A DNA stretch of 64,000 nucleotides from TPA_inf: Saccharomyces (lineage: Eukaryota): assembly GCA_000146045.2 (NCBI GenBank), contig BK006946.2, forward strand, positions 832,001-896,000, in the 5' to 3' direction. Under the pieces are notes generated by a model. It was not told the DNA's origin and ran no database searches. It saw only the letters and a program-made list of their open reading frames with translations. Shown piece by piece: positions 42,987-54,516 of the stretch. Every line of letters starts with the position of its first letter. The stretch's first letter is position 1. Made by a program: the position numbers and the translations under genes.

Positions 42987-45900
42987 ATGAGCTCTGAAGA
43001 CGAATTGGGAAGTATCGGTACTGTGTTTCCCGGAAGTCCCATAGATAAGAGCATTGGGAGTATTCTCCCACAATTTGATGAAGAAGTGGAGACTTTGCTG
43101 GAAGATAGCTTCACGTGGAACATTCCTGACTGGAACGAGTTAACAAACCCGAAATACAATTCGCCCAGGTTTAGAATTGGTGATTTCGAATGGGACATTC
43201 TATTATTCCCTCAGGGAAACCATAATAAAGGTGTTGCGGTATATCTGGAACCTCATCCGGAAGAAAAATTAGATGAGACTACGGGAGAGATGGTGCCAGT
43301 TGATCCGGACTGGTATTGTTGTGCTCAGTTTGCCATTGGTATATCTAGACCTGGTAATGGTGACACCATCAATTTAATTAACAAATCGCATCACCGATTC
43401 AACGCTCTAGATACAGACTGGGGATTTGCAAATTTGATAGATTTGAACAACTTGAAACATCCCTCAAAAGGAAGACCGCTTTCGTTCTTAAACGAAGGGA
43501 CCTTGAACATAACAGCGTATGTGCGCATATTGAAGGATCCTACTGGTGTCTTGTGGCATAATTTCCTGAATTATGACTCGAAGAAAGTCACGGGCTATGT
43601 TGGCTTCCGAAATCAGGGTGCCACATGCTATTTGAATTCGTTATTGCAATCTTACTTCTTTACAAAATACTTCAGAAAACTGGTTTACGAAATACCCACC
43701 GAACATGAAAGTCCAAACAACAGTGTCCCATTGGCTTTGCAAAGAGCTTTCTACCAACTACAAGTATCCGATATACCATTAGACACTTTGGAACTTACCA
43801 GGTCATTCGGTTGGGACACTGCGGAATCCTTCACTCAACACGATGTGCAGGAATTGAATAGGATATTAATGGACAGGCTGGAAAATAATATGAAGGGAAC
43901 ACCCGTGGAGGGGAAGTTAAATGAAATATTTGTCGGAAAAATGAAAAGTTATATTAAATGTATCAATGTTGATTATGAATCTGCTAGAGTGGAGGACTTT
44001 TGGGATCTGCAACTGAATGTCAAAAATTTCAAGAATTTACAAGAATCTTTTGACAATTACATTGAGATGGAACTAATGAATGGTGAAAATCAGTATGCTG
44101 CTCAAGACTATGGTTTGCAAGATGCTCAAAAAGGTGTTATATTCGAATCATTTCCGCCAGTTTTACATCTGCAGTTGAAAAGATTTGAATACGATTTTAA
44201 TTATGATCAGATGGTAAAGGTTAACGATAAATATGAATTTCCTGAAACAATTGACTTGTCGCCCTTCGTTGATAAAGACGTATTAAAGAAAACGTTAGAC
44301 TCGGAGAACAAGGATAAGAATCCTTATGTTTATAACTTACATGGTGTGCTAGTTCATTCTGGTGATATATCTACCGGCCACTACTATACTCTGATTAAAC
44401 CTGGTGTTGAAGATCAATGGTACAGATTTGATGATGAAAGGGTTTGGAGGGTCACAAAGAAACAAGTTTTCCAAGAAAATTTTGGATGTGATAGGTTGCC
44501 TGATGAAAAAGTTCGTACAATGACGAGAGGTGAGTATCAGAACTATATCATTCAACGCCATACAAGTGCTTATATGCTTGTTTATATACGTCAAGAACAA
44601 GAGGAGGATTTGCTGCGTCCAGTTTTGGAATCTGATGTTCCTAAGCATGTAATCACAAGAGTAAGAGAAGAAATCAAAGAACGGGAAACAAAAGAAAAGG
44701 AAATTAGAGAAGCACACCTGTATGTCACGCTCAGATTGCACTCAATCAAAGAGTTTATTCATTATGAAGGATTTGACTATTTCGCACATGATGGGTTTAG
44801 GTTATTTGCAGAGGAGCTCAATGACTCTGGTTTGCAGCAAATCAACTTAAAAGTCTTGAGAACAACTAAGTTATCGGATATTTTTGCAAGCATTAAGGAA
44901 ACTATGAATATTCCACAAGAAAGGGACGTCAAATATTGGAAAATGGATTATCGCAGAAACAGCACTTTGCGTTTAACACAACCCATAAATTTTGAATCCG
45001 TAAACATCACTTTGCAGGAGGCATTAAAAAAGGAGAAGAAAAGGACTATGCAAACGCAATATGGAGAGGAAGGTGTTGCTAGTACTGAGGAAGACGACAA
45101 GGCACTTTTAGAAACTGTATCATTCTTAGATCTTTTCATTGAGGAGCCCTATCTAGAGTTACAATTTTTGAACAAGCTGAAGGAAGCTTCTTTAATCTCA
45201 AAGGCCCAGCTGGATGATGAGCTGATATCAACTATAAGAACGAATCTTCCAGAACTAACAAAGGGAGGAATCGAGCCTGTTTTTGCCACCGACAATAAAT
45301 CTAATTTGCTATTCGTCAAGAGCTACGACCCACATACCCAAAAGCTATTGGGATTTGGCCATTTTGCCGTAAATCAATTGCAACAGCTATCGGATATATC
45401 TGCAATTATTGAGGACAGCATTTCTTCCAACGAAAAGCTGACTTTCTACGAAGAAGTCCAACCTGGTACCATAAATGAAATATATATGAAGGAGACAATA
45501 TATGATGCTGATATAGACACGGGTGATATAGTTTCATTTGAGGTTCCAGGTGCTGTTTTGCCAGATACTTTTCCAGTTTACGCAACAATCAAAGATTTTT
45601 ACTCATATCTGAGGTATCGTGTAAAATTGAAGTTTTCTAAATTTGACGGTTCAAGTGAGGAATATGGAGTTAGTAATGAAATCCCAGAGAGCTTCGAATT
45701 CTGGATATCCGCTTATGCACCTTATGATGACCTTGCTAGAATGGTGTCGAAATATGCGCACGTTAAGCCAGAATATCTAAAGATTATTGCCCTTTATTCT
45801 AATGGAAGATTTGTGTTAAAATCAACCTCACTTTTGAATGATTACCTTTTGAAAGATTTCAATTGCGATCAAATACCGCCTTTTGCATTTGAAGTATTGT

Positions 45901-46679
45901 CTGTGCCTTTGAAAGAATTGGAGCGTTTGAGGCCAATTAAATTATATTGGCTAAAAAATAGTTATATTCATTATCAATGTTTCGAATTCGAAGTCGCAAA
46001 CGATTATACAGAATCTCAATTTCTTGAAAAAGTGCAACACAAGATCGGCTTTACCGATGAAGAAAAGGAGAACATCTTACTCTGGACCAACACAAATTTC
46101 CAGTTTCAGGGCTTATTATCGGACCAAAACACCTTCAAAGATGTGAGTAAACATTCTTTACTCTTTGGTAGAATTTTACCCGAGGAGTCTAAATTGTTCA
46201 AAGAATTAAATCGTCTAGAAAACGTACAAACATCTTCATTGGAGGATTTTATGGATGATGAAAACGCGACTGACAGACCAATGGACGATGAGCAAGATCT
46301 AGGTATGGCGATAGAACATTCTGAAGATATGAAAGGGCGTATAGTGGTTGTTCAACAATATTTCAAAGACCTTGAGAATAGACACGGAATATCCTTCTTA
46401 TTTAATTTAATACCAGACGAAACATTCCCAAAGACAAAAGATCGTCTTCATGCAAAATTTGGTCTCGGACAAAAAGAATTTTCAAAGATCAAATTAAGTA
46501 TTGGTTACTCCACTGAAGAAGGTACGGTGTTTAGAAGTTTGCAAGGATTTTCGGACGAAGAATTGGACAAAGTTATATTGTATGACATTATGTCCAACTT
46601 AGATTATATCTACATGGATCATCCGGATAGATTGAGATCGCATTCTTCCTATGATAGACCAATGATCATTAAAAACTGA
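42987..46679 (+). CDS. UBP15: Ubiquitin-specific protease (USP7/HAUSP-like, N-terminal MATH domain), 1230 aa
   Basis: A MATH/TRAF-like N-terminus is followed by the UCH Cys box GFRNQGATCYLNSLLQ and the His box (GHYYTLIKP). The start is trimmed to MSSEDELGS. The maximal ORF begins 8 codons upstream at 42963. Confidence 0.9.
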   Translation: MSSEDELGSIGTVFPGSPIDKSIGSILPQFDEEVETLLEDSFTWNIPDWNELTNPKYNSPRFRIGDFEWDILLFPQGNHNKGVAVYLEPHPEEKLDETTGEMVPVDPDWYCCAQFAIGISRPGNGDTINLINKSHHRFNALDTDWGFANLIDLNNLKHPSKGRPLSFLNEGTLNITAYVRILKDPTGVLWHNFLNYDSKKVTGYVGFRNQGATCYLNSLLQSYFFTKYFRKLVYEIPTEHESPNNSVPLALQRAFYQLQVSDIPLDTLELTRSFGWDTAESFTQHDVQELNRILMDRLENNMKGTPVEGKLNEIFVGKMKSYIKCINVDYESARVEDFWDLQLNVKNFKNLQESFDNYIEMELMNGENQYAAQDYGLQDAQKGVIFESFPPVLHLQLKRFEYDFNYDQMVKVNDKYEFPETIDLSPFVDKDVLKKTLDSENKDKNPYVYNLHGVLVHSGDISTGHYYTLIKPGVEDQWYRFDDERVWRVTKKQVFQENFGCDRLPDEKVRTMTRGEYQNYIIQRHTSAYMLVYIRQEQEEDLLRPVLESDVPKHVITRVREEIKERETKEKEIREAHLYVTLRLHSIKEFIHYEGFDYFAHDGFRLFAEELNDSGLQQINLKVLRTTKLSDIFASIKETMNIPQERDVKYWKMDYRRNSTLRLTQPINFESVNITLQEALKKEKKRTMQTQYGEEGVASTEEDDKALLETVSFLDLFIEEPYLELQFLNKLKEASLISKAQLDDELISTIRTNLPELTKGGIEPVFATDNKSNLLFVKSYDPHTQKLLGFGHFAVNQLQQLSDISAIIEDSISSNEKLTFYEEVQPGTINEIYMKETIYDADIDTGDIVSFEVPGAVLPDTFPVYATIKDFYSYLRYRVKLKFSKFDGSSEEYGVSNEIPESFEFWISAYAPYDDLARMVSKYAHVKPEYLKIIALYSNGRFVLKSTSLLNDYLLKDFNCDQIPPFAFEVLSVPLKELERLRPIKLYWLKNSYIHYQCFEFEVANDYTESQFLEKVQHKIGFTDEEKENILLWTNTNFQFQGLLSDQNTFKDVSKHSLLFGRILPEESKLFKELNRLENVQTSSLEDFMDDENATDRPMDDEQDLGMAIEHSEDMKGRIVVVQQYFKDLENRHGISFLFNLIPDETFPKTKDRLHAKFGLGQKEFSKIKLSIGYSTEEGTVFRSLQGFSDEELDKVILYDIMSNLDYIYMDHPDRLRSHSSYDRPMIIKN

Positions 46680-46722
46680 TACGTCTTACGACTATGTTTA
46701 GCTTTGATGTTTTCTCCATTTT

Positions 46723-46733
46723 TTTTATGTTTT
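46723..46733. other. 11/11 match to the ARS consensus sequence (TTTTATGTTTT)
   Basis: It fits WTTTAYRTTTW exactly in the AT-rich convergent intergenic region between UBP15 and SCW10. This is sequence-only; ACS matches are common by chance. Confidence 0.2.
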
Positions 46734-47062
46734 TTTATGATAATCTCTCAGCCGCCATCACTTCCACACAGGCAATGCTCTACAGTTTTATTTTGCTTTT
46801 AGGTAATGCCGCATATATATATATATATAAGTTAGAACACAAACTATAGAGCAGCGAGGACCCGTAGCTAAAAGGAAGACAAATTGAAAAATCTTTCACA
46901 AATGAGTATAGAATATATACTTTACACAAAACACATAAGTAAACAATAACGTGATAAGAATAGGAGAGCAAATATGGGAAAGGGCTTATTTCCCCCATAT
47001 TTGGCTGCTTTTTAAGAAAAAGGGAAAAAGAATGATCATAAAGTAAATGAAGTTTCAGTGGT

Positions 47063-48232
47063 TTAATCACTTGATAGAATACCCCAGTATTTTTCAACAC
47101 CGTATTGCCCATCATCTTTCCATAGATCATTGAAGGCGGTAAATAAGTAAGCTGAAGAGCCGCAGGAGCTTTTGATAGAAGAAATGGCGGCTTCTTGGTT
47201 TGCTTTAGATGGGACAGCTTCGCCGTAAGTATCACCCTTAGATGGCCAACCAGTTTCGGTAATAACGACGTCCTTTTTCCCACCACAAGCAGTGTAAACC
47301 CTTTCGATTTGTTCTAGTACCCATGGTCCTGCATCTTGGGCCGCAGTATTTTCATCGAAGTATGCATGGGCGTTGACAGCCATATAGTCAGAATAATTAC
47401 ACAGGTCAGGGTTATTTATAACAGCAATGAAGGTATCAACGGAAACGACTGAGCCTGTATAACCAGCAGAGGTTAAAGCTGACTTGGCCGTGGAAACGTA
47501 TTCACCGACTTGCGTCGTAGTGGCAGAACCGCCATTGACCAGTTCGTTACCGACAGAAACAGTGGTAATATCATCCCAGGAGCCATAAGACTCAACTGCA
47601 GATTTAATAGTATCAACGGCGTCTTGAATTTTGTCAACGTAATATATGCCTAAGAATAATTTCTGGCTTGAAGTTTTAGCTTGCAAGACATTCTCAACCT
47701 GACTACAGTCAACGCCATATAATCTGATGTTGTCAAAACCAGTCAACTGTTCTAAATCTGAGGCGACTTGAGCAGTAGATTTACAGGACCCATCATCATT
47801 GTAAGGACTGTAAGTAATACCCTTAGCACCGGAGGCTGAGATACTAGATGAAGCGGAGGATGAAGCTGAAGATGAAGTTGAGGATGAGGATGAGGGTGAG
47901 GATGAAGTCGAAGAACCAACCGTAGATGCTGCCTCGGAAGATTGAAGAGTGCTGGTTTGTTGTTGAGAAGTGACGACATTAGCGGAAGTTGTTGGTTCTA
48001 AAGTGGATGTAGTTGCTTGAGAAGCAACTGCAGTACTGCTGGTAGTAGCTACAACAGCATTCTCGTTCACTGGAACAATAGTTTCGCCGCTGTTACCGGA
48101 AACGACAACAGTAACCTGCGCATGGACTGTGGCAGTAACAACGTCACGCTTTTCATGTTTATGGCGAACAGCAGGAGCTCCTAGAGCTCCGGTTAATAAT
48201 GCAGATACAGTTAGGAAATTTGAAAAACGCAT
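47063..48232 (-). CDS. SCW10: Soluble cell-wall glucanase-like protein (GH17 family), 389 aa
   Basis: A signal peptide is followed by a Ser/Thr-rich linker (SSTSSSPSSSSSTSSSASSS) and a GH17 glucanase-like domain. Fits YMR305C. Confidence 0.9.
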   Translation of the reverse strand: MRFSNFLTVSALLTGALGAPAVRHKHEKRDVVTATVHAQVTVVVSGNSGETIVPVNENAVVATTSSTAVASQATTSTLEPTTSANVVTSQQQTSTLQSSEAASTVGSSTSSSPSSSSSTSSSASSSASSSISASGAKGITYSPYNDDGSCKSTAQVASDLEQLTGFDNIRLYGVDCSQVENVLQAKTSSQKLFLGIYYVDKIQDAVDTIKSAVESYGSWDDITTVSVGNELVNGGSATTTQVGEYVSTAKSALTSAGYTGSVVSVDTFIAVINNPDLCNYSDYMAVNAHAYFDENTAAQDAGPWVLEQIERVYTACGGKKDVVITETGWPSKGDTYGEAVPSKANQEAAISSIKSSCGSSAYLFTAFNDLWKDDGQYGVEKYWGILSSD

Positions 48233-49158
48233 AATGGAATGAAGACTTTTTTTGCGTTAATACTATCTTTTGACAATTTGAAAAAAAGAACAGTAATAGT
48301 AAAGGAGAGACGTGACAGTTGGATGTTCAGCTCAATATTGCAAAAGTATAGTATTTAACTCTTTTATTTGGGCCTATATAATAGATGAATTTAAAATGGG
48401 AAAAATATGATGCACGCTTCAAAGATACACTGTAAGACAAACTTCACGCAGACATCTTTCCCTCCATTATAAATACTACAGTTTTGAAACAAACGTGGAA
48501 AAGAAGGCTTATGGATACGGCTCTCGATGGAGAAGTTACTGTACACATGAAAACACGAATAACTTTCAAACGCGTGCGACGTTTGTTACCATATTCAAAC
48601 GTTTCAACGCGAATTTTTTGTCCGCTGTTTCGCGCAATTAAAAGTCTTGGCATTTTTCTCTTCAGGTTTTACTTCGTCCGAAATCTTCGAGGACTTTTCC
48701 GAAAAAGGTAAATTACTGCAAACGGTCTTTCGCGAAATCTAGACCGAAGATCTCTGGGGATATGTAAGGAACAAATATTTTTGTCATTGAGGGCTTAGAT
48801 AAAAAGAAAATCTAGATGTCTTGCCTGAGAAAAAGAAAGAGGGAGGCATTCTTTCTTAATTATTACCGTGCCTGGTATCAGCATAAGTGAAGGCCGAGAC
48901 AGCTTTCGTATATGGCTGTTGCACGTCTCTGAACTAATCATTCTCGCCCATCAAGATCGGACCATCTTGCCTAGTGCGGCAATGATGGTTAAATTATGCG
49001 GGTAAGAGTTTTACATGGTCAGCGGCTATTTGGCGAGAACCTTCAAAAGTAATTATGCCTTCTAGGATTTGCCACTATACAACTTAATCATTAAGGGCTG
49101 TGGAACTGCATATTGGGAAAAGAAAAACATACTGAGAAGGAAAGTTAAGGAGTTGAAT

Positions 49159-52100
49159 ATGGATTTTATGAGTCCCAAGTTTTCGCTAACTGACGTTGAG
49201 TATCCTGCTTGGTGCCAAGACGATGAAGTCCCAATAACAATGCAGGAAATTAGAGAAATTTTTGTGGAGCTCATGGATAAGTTTGGCTTCCAGAAATCTT
49301 CTATGGAAAATATGTATCAACATTTAATGGGACAGCTGGACTCCAGGGCAAGTCGTACAGGTGCTCAAAATGCTTTAGTATCGCTACATGTTTCATATAT
49401 TGGAGGCGAACACGCAAATTATAGAAAATGGTATTTTGCCGCTCAGCTCGATTTAGATGAAGAGATCGGGTTTCAAAACATGCGACTACATGGAAAGGCA
49501 CGCCAAAGAAACGTAAAAATGGCGAAGAAAAGAGGCGTATCGATAAAGGAACAAATTAAGCAATGGAATGAGAAGGAGCAAGAGTTCATCAATAACCATC
49601 CAAAGATCACACTGACTCAAGAACAATTGGAAGATCAGACAAACTTGAAAAGTGCAGACTACAAATGGAAATTGAAAATGAAAAAATTGACGCCCGAAAA
49701 TATGATAAGACAGCTGGCCCTTTATTTGCTTTGCTGGGGTGAAGCCAATCAAGTCAGATTCGCCCCAGAATGCCTTTGCTTTATTTTCAAATGTGCACTT
49801 GATTATGATATTAGTACGTCAAGTAGCGAAAAAACGGTGAAATCACCTGAGTATTCATACTTAAATGACGTTATTACTCCCTTATACGAATTCCTAAGGG
49901 GCCAAGTATACAAAAAAGACGCAAAGGGGAACTGGAAACGAAGAGAAAAAGACCACAAGAATATTATTGGTTACGACGACATCAATCAATTATTTTGGTA
50001 CCCGGAAGGATTTGAACGTATTATTTTAAACAATGGAGAACGATTAGTTGACAAGCCATTGGAGGAGAGATATCTTTACTTTAAAGACGTTGCATGGTCT
50101 AAAGTATTTTATAAGACATATAGAGAAACCAGAAGTTGGAAGCATTGTTTTACCAATTTCAATAGATTCTGGATTATCCATTTTGCACCGTTTTGGTTCT
50201 TCACCACATTTAATTCCCCCACTTTGTACACCAAGAATTATATACAGTTATTGAATAACCAGCCTACACCCCAAGTTAGACTATCAGTGATTGCCTTTGG
50301 AGGCACAATTGCATGTTTAGTTCAAATTTTAGCCACCGTGTTCGAGTGGGGATTTGTACCTCGAGAATGGCCAGGCGCTCAGCATTTATCGAGTAGAATG
50401 ATTGGCTTACTTTTTTGTCTTGCAATCAATTTGGGACCTTCCGTGTATGTTCTGGGGTTTTTCGAATGGGATGTTCATTCAAAATCTGCGTATATCGTGT
50501 CCATCGTCCAACTAATCATTGCATTTTTAACCACTTTTTTTTTTGCTGTCAGACCTTTGGGCGGCTTATTTCGTCCATATTTGAATAAAGACAAAAAACA
50601 TCGGAGGTACATCTCATCGCAAACCTTTACCGCTTCATTTCCTAAGCTGACAGGACGCAGCAAATGGTTTTCTTATGGGTTATGGGTATTTGTGTATTTG
50701 GCGAAATATATTGAGTCCTATTTTTTTTTGACCTTGTCCCTCAGGGACCCCATCAGGGTCCTCTCTATTATGGATTTGTCCAGATGTCAAGGTGAATATT
50801 TGTTGGGTCCTATTCTATGTAAATGGCAAGCCAAAATTACATTAGTTCTCATGCTGCTTTCTGACTTGGGCCTGTTTTTTCTCGACACTTACCTTTGGTA
50901 CATTATTTGCAACTGTATTTTTTCCATTGTACTGTCATTTTCTCTTGGTACTTCAATTCTCACGCCATGGAAGAATGTATACTCTCGATTGCCAAAAAGG
51001 ATATATTCCAAAATCCTTGCTACTTCAGAGATGGATGTAAAATTTAAAGCAAAAATACTGATATCGCAGGTTTGGAATGCCATTGTTATATCAATGTATA
51101 GGGAACATCTTCTCTCCATTGAACATTTACAAAGACTCTTGTTTCAGCAAGTTGACTCCTTAATGGGAGACACAAGAACCCTGAAATCGCCTACATTTTT
51201 CGTTGCACAAGATGATTCAACGTTCAAGTCAATGGAATTTTTTCCATCAAATTCAGAGGCAAAAAGAAGGATATCCTTTTTTGCCCAATCCCTGGCGACC
51301 CCCATTTCAGAACCTGTTCCAGTGGATTGTATGCCAACTTTTACCGTTTTGGTACCCCATTATTCAGAAAAGATTCTGTTGGGCTTGAAGGAAATTATCA
51401 GGGAAGAATCTCCTAAAAGTAAAATCACGGTGCTTGAGTATTTGAAGCATCTACACCCTACAGAATGGGAATGTTTTGTTAAGGATACCAAACTACTAAG
51501 CATGGAAAAGAGCTTTTTGAAAGAGGCAGAGAGCAGTCATGATGAAGATAGATTGGAAATTCCGGATGCTCTGTACGATCCAAGGTCTAGCCCGCTTTCT
51601 GACCATACTGAGTCCCGGAAGTTGCCCACAGAAGACGATCTTATTAAGGAGAAAATTAATGATTTGCCATTTTCTTACTTTGGCTTCAACTCATCAGAAC
51701 CATCGTACACCCTGAGAACAAGAATCTGGGCATCATTGCGGACGCAGACTTTGTACCGAACCCTTTCAGGGTTTATGAACTATTCCAAAGCTATTAAGCT
51801 ACTGTATCGAATTGAAAACCCCTCTTTAGTTAGCTTGTATCGTGGCAATAATGAAGCATTGGAGAATGACTTAGAAAATATGGCTAGCAGGAAATTTAGG
51901 ATGGTTGTTGCTATGCAGAGATATGCAAAATTTAATAAGGATGAAGTGGAGGCAACAGAACTACTTTTAAGAGCCTATCCAAATATGTTTATATCTTACC
52001 TTTTGGAAGAATTAGAGCAAAATGAATCTGAGAAAACGTACTATTCGTGCCTGACTAATGGCTATGCTGAGTTTGACGAAGAAAGTGGATTAAGGAAGCC

Positions 52101-54516
52101 AATATTCAAAATTCGCCTGTCGGGCAATCCAATACTTGGCGATGGAAAATCGGATAATCAGAACCATTCTATTATATTTTATCGTGGTGAGTATATTCAG
52201 GTGATTGATGCAAACCAAGATAATTATTTGGAGGAATGCCTAAAGATACGGTCTGTTTTAAGTGAGTTCGAAGAGCTTGAGCTTAATCCCACAATCCCAT
52301 ACATTCCTGGCATTGAATATGAAGAAGAACCACCGCCCATCGCTATTGTTGGTTCAAGAGAGTATATTTTTTCAGAAAATATTGGAGTGTTAGGTGATAT
52401 TGCTGCAGGTAAAGAACAGACTTTTGGAACCTTATTTGCTAGAACGTTGGCTGAAATTGGTGGTAAATTGCACTATGGGCATCCCGATTTTCTCAATGGC
52501 ATTTTTATGACCACTCGTGGTGGCCTGTCTAAGGCACAAAGAGGATTGCATTTAAACGAGGATATATATGCTGGAATGAACGCAATCTGCCGTGGTGGAA
52601 AGATAAAACATAGTGATTACTACCAATGTGGTAAGGGTAGAGATTTGGGATTTGGGTCCATCCTGAATTTCACTACTAAAATAGGTGCAGGTATGGGGGA
52701 ACAGCTACTATCAAGGGAGTACTATTATTTGGGGACACAACTTCCCATGGATAGATTTTTATCGTTTTTTTATGCACATCCTGGTTTCCATCTGAATAAT
52801 CTTTTTATTTCCTTTTCGGTTCAACTGTTCTTCGTTCTGCTTTTAAACTTGGGTGCGTTGAACCATGAAATTATAGCCTGCTTTTACGACAAGGATGCAC
52901 CAATTACAAATCTTGAGACACCCGTTGGTTGTTATAATATTCAGCCTGCATTGCATTGGGTATCGATATTCGTACTATCAATCTTCATTGTTTTCTTTAT
53001 TGCCTTTGCCCCTTTGCTGATTCAAGAAGTTTTGGAAAAGGGTATTTGGAGAGCAGCTTCAAGGTTCCTACATCATCTTCTTTCAATGGCCCCATTATTT
53101 GAAGTATTCGTCTGCCAAGTTTATTCGAATTCTCTATTGATGGACTTGACCTTTGGGGGAGCAAAGTACATATCTACAGGTCGTGGGTTTGCAATAACAC
53201 GCCTCGATTTTTTTACGCTCTATTCCAGATTTGTTAATATATCGATATATTCTGGTTTCCAAGTGTTCTTCATGTTATTATTCGCGATTATTTCCATGTG
53301 GCAACCCGCCTTATTATGGTTTTGGATTACAGTCATTTCGATGTGCTTCGCACCTTTTATTTTCAATCCACATCAGTTCGCATTCATGGATTTCTTCATT
53401 GATTATAAAACCTTTATCCACTGGTTATTCTCAGGTAACACGAAATATCAAAAAGAATCGTGGGCAAACTTTGTCAAGAGTTCTCGATCAAGATTTACGG
53501 GCTATAAAAGTAAAACTGTAGATGATATTTCCGAAGATTCAGGCCATGATTCAAAGAAAGCGAGGTTTTGGAACGTCTTCTTTGCAGAACTATTTCTACC
53601 TTTCTGTGTGTTCCTCTTCAACTTCACCGCTTTTTCTTTCATTAATGCACAAACAGGGGTCTCTGACTCAACACCAACTAGCGCTGTTTTCCGTTTGTTG
53701 CTCGTAACTTTTTTGCCAATCTTTCTTAACTCAATAGTGCTTTTTCTATTATTTTGGGTTTCACTTTTTGTGGTTCCTGGATTGTCATATTGTTGTAAAG
53801 ACGCAGGTGCCGTGATTGCGTTTATTGCACACACTTTCTCGGTTTTGGTCTATCTTTTAGATTTCGAACTGATGTGGTTCTTACAAGGTTGGAACTTTAC
53901 CCGTACATTGATACTGCTTATTACGTGCATCAATATGCATCTGATTCTTTTCAAGGTCTTTACGACGATATTCTTGACAAGGGAGTATAAAAACAATAAG
54001 GCACATTTGGCATGGTGGAATGGTAAATGGTACAATACGGGCATGGGCTGGTCTATCATTTTACAGCCCATACGAGAATACTTCGTGAAGATTATGGAAT
54101 CTAGTTATTTTGCAGCAGATTTCTTTCTTGGTCACTTCCTCTTATTTATACAAACGCCCATAATATTGTTACCATTTATCGATTACTGGCATACAATGGT
54201 GCTATTTTGGATGAATCCAAGAAGTATTATCGCGCATAAAAGAATTTTGACTCGAAAGCAGAGAGCATTAAGAAGTAGGATAGTTTCAAAATATTTCTCT
54301 CTATATTTTGTGATGCTAGGTGTGCTCCTTTTTATGCTCATCGCGCCATTCTTTGCTGGTGATTTCGTATCTAGTCCGCAAGAATTGCTGGAAGGCACCC
54401 TTTTCGAAGGAATCTTCCAACCTAACAACCAAAACAACAACGATACTGGTCCAAATGCTCCATCGACAATCCTGACTACAACACCAACTTTACCTACCTT
54501 TAGGACTGTCGCATAG
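49159..54516 (+). CDS. FKS3: Beta-1,3-glucan synthase catalytic subunit paralogue (FKS family, multi-TM), 1785 aa
   Basis: This is an FKS1/GSC2-like protein with a cytoplasmic catalytic region and about 16 TM helices. The start is trimmed to MDFMSPKF, giving 1785 aa. The ORF is open a further 30 codons upstream, to an ATG at 49069. Confidence 0.9.
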   Translation: MDFMSPKFSLTDVEYPAWCQDDEVPITMQEIREIFVELMDKFGFQKSSMENMYQHLMGQLDSRASRTGAQNALVSLHVSYIGGEHANYRKWYFAAQLDLDEEIGFQNMRLHGKARQRNVKMAKKRGVSIKEQIKQWNEKEQEFINNHPKITLTQEQLEDQTNLKSADYKWKLKMKKLTPENMIRQLALYLLCWGEANQVRFAPECLCFIFKCALDYDISTSSSEKTVKSPEYSYLNDVITPLYEFLRGQVYKKDAKGNWKRREKDHKNIIGYDDINQLFWYPEGFERIILNNGERLVDKPLEERYLYFKDVAWSKVFYKTYRETRSWKHCFTNFNRFWIIHFAPFWFFTTFNSPTLYTKNYIQLLNNQPTPQVRLSVIAFGGTIACLVQILATVFEWGFVPREWPGAQHLSSRMIGLLFCLAINLGPSVYVLGFFEWDVHSKSAYIVSIVQLIIAFLTTFFFAVRPLGGLFRPYLNKDKKHRRYISSQTFTASFPKLTGRSKWFSYGLWVFVYLAKYIESYFFLTLSLRDPIRVLSIMDLSRCQGEYLLGPILCKWQAKITLVLMLLSDLGLFFLDTYLWYIICNCIFSIVLSFSLGTSILTPWKNVYSRLPKRIYSKILATSEMDVKFKAKILISQVWNAIVISMYREHLLSIEHLQRLLFQQVDSLMGDTRTLKSPTFFVAQDDSTFKSMEFFPSNSEAKRRISFFAQSLATPISEPVPVDCMPTFTVLVPHYSEKILLGLKEIIREESPKSKITVLEYLKHLHPTEWECFVKDTKLLSMEKSFLKEAESSHDEDRLEIPDALYDPRSSPLSDHTESRKLPTEDDLIKEKINDLPFSYFGFNSSEPSYTLRTRIWASLRTQTLYRTLSGFMNYSKAIKLLYRIENPSLVSLYRGNNEALENDLENMASRKFRMVVAMQRYAKFNKDEVEATELLLRAYPNMFISYLLEELEQNESEKTYYSCLTNGYAEFDEESGLRKPIFKIRLSGNPILGDGKSDNQNHSIIFYRGEYIQVIDANQDNYLEECLKIRSVLSEFEELELNPTIPYIPGIEYEEEPPPIAIVGSREYIFSENIGVLGDIAAGKEQTFGTLFARTLAEIGGKLHYGHPDFLNGIFMTTRGGLSKAQRGLHLNEDIYAGMNAICRGGKIKHSDYYQCGKGRDLGFGSILNFTTKIGAGMGEQLLSREYYYLGTQLPMDRFLSFFYAHPGFHLNNLFISFSVQLFFVLLLNLGALNHEIIACFYDKDAPITNLETPVGCYNIQPALHWVSIFVLSIFIVFFIAFAPLLIQEVLEKGIWRAASRFLHHLLSMAPLFEVFVCQVYSNSLLMDLTFGGAKYISTGRGFAITRLDFFTLYSRFVNISIYSGFQVFFMLLFAIISMWQPALLWFWITVISMCFAPFIFNPHQFAFMDFFIDYKTFIHWLFSGNTKYQKESWANFVKSSRSRFTGYKSKTVDDISEDSGHDSKKARFWNVFFAELFLPFCVFLFNFTAFSFINAQTGVSDSTPTSAVFRLLLVTFLPIFLNSIVLFLLFWVSLFVVPGLSYCCKDAGAVIAFIAHTFSVLVYLLDFELMWFLQGWNFTRTLILLITCINMHLILFKVFTTIFLTREYKNNKAHLAWWNGKWYNTGMGWSIILQPIREYFVKIMESSYFAADFFLGHFLLFIQTPIILLPFIDYWHTMVLFWMNPRSIIAHKRILTRKQRALRSRIVSKYFSLYFVMLGVLLFMLIAPFFAGDFVSSPQELLEGTLFEGIFQPNNQNNNDTGPNAPSTILTTTPTLPTFRTVA

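Noticed and set aside
46780-47286. 168-aa minus-strand ORF overlapping the SCW10 3' end in another frame
   Set aside because: It starts inside SCW10 and runs into AT-rich 3' flank. It has no conserved motifs and is likely a dubious ORF.
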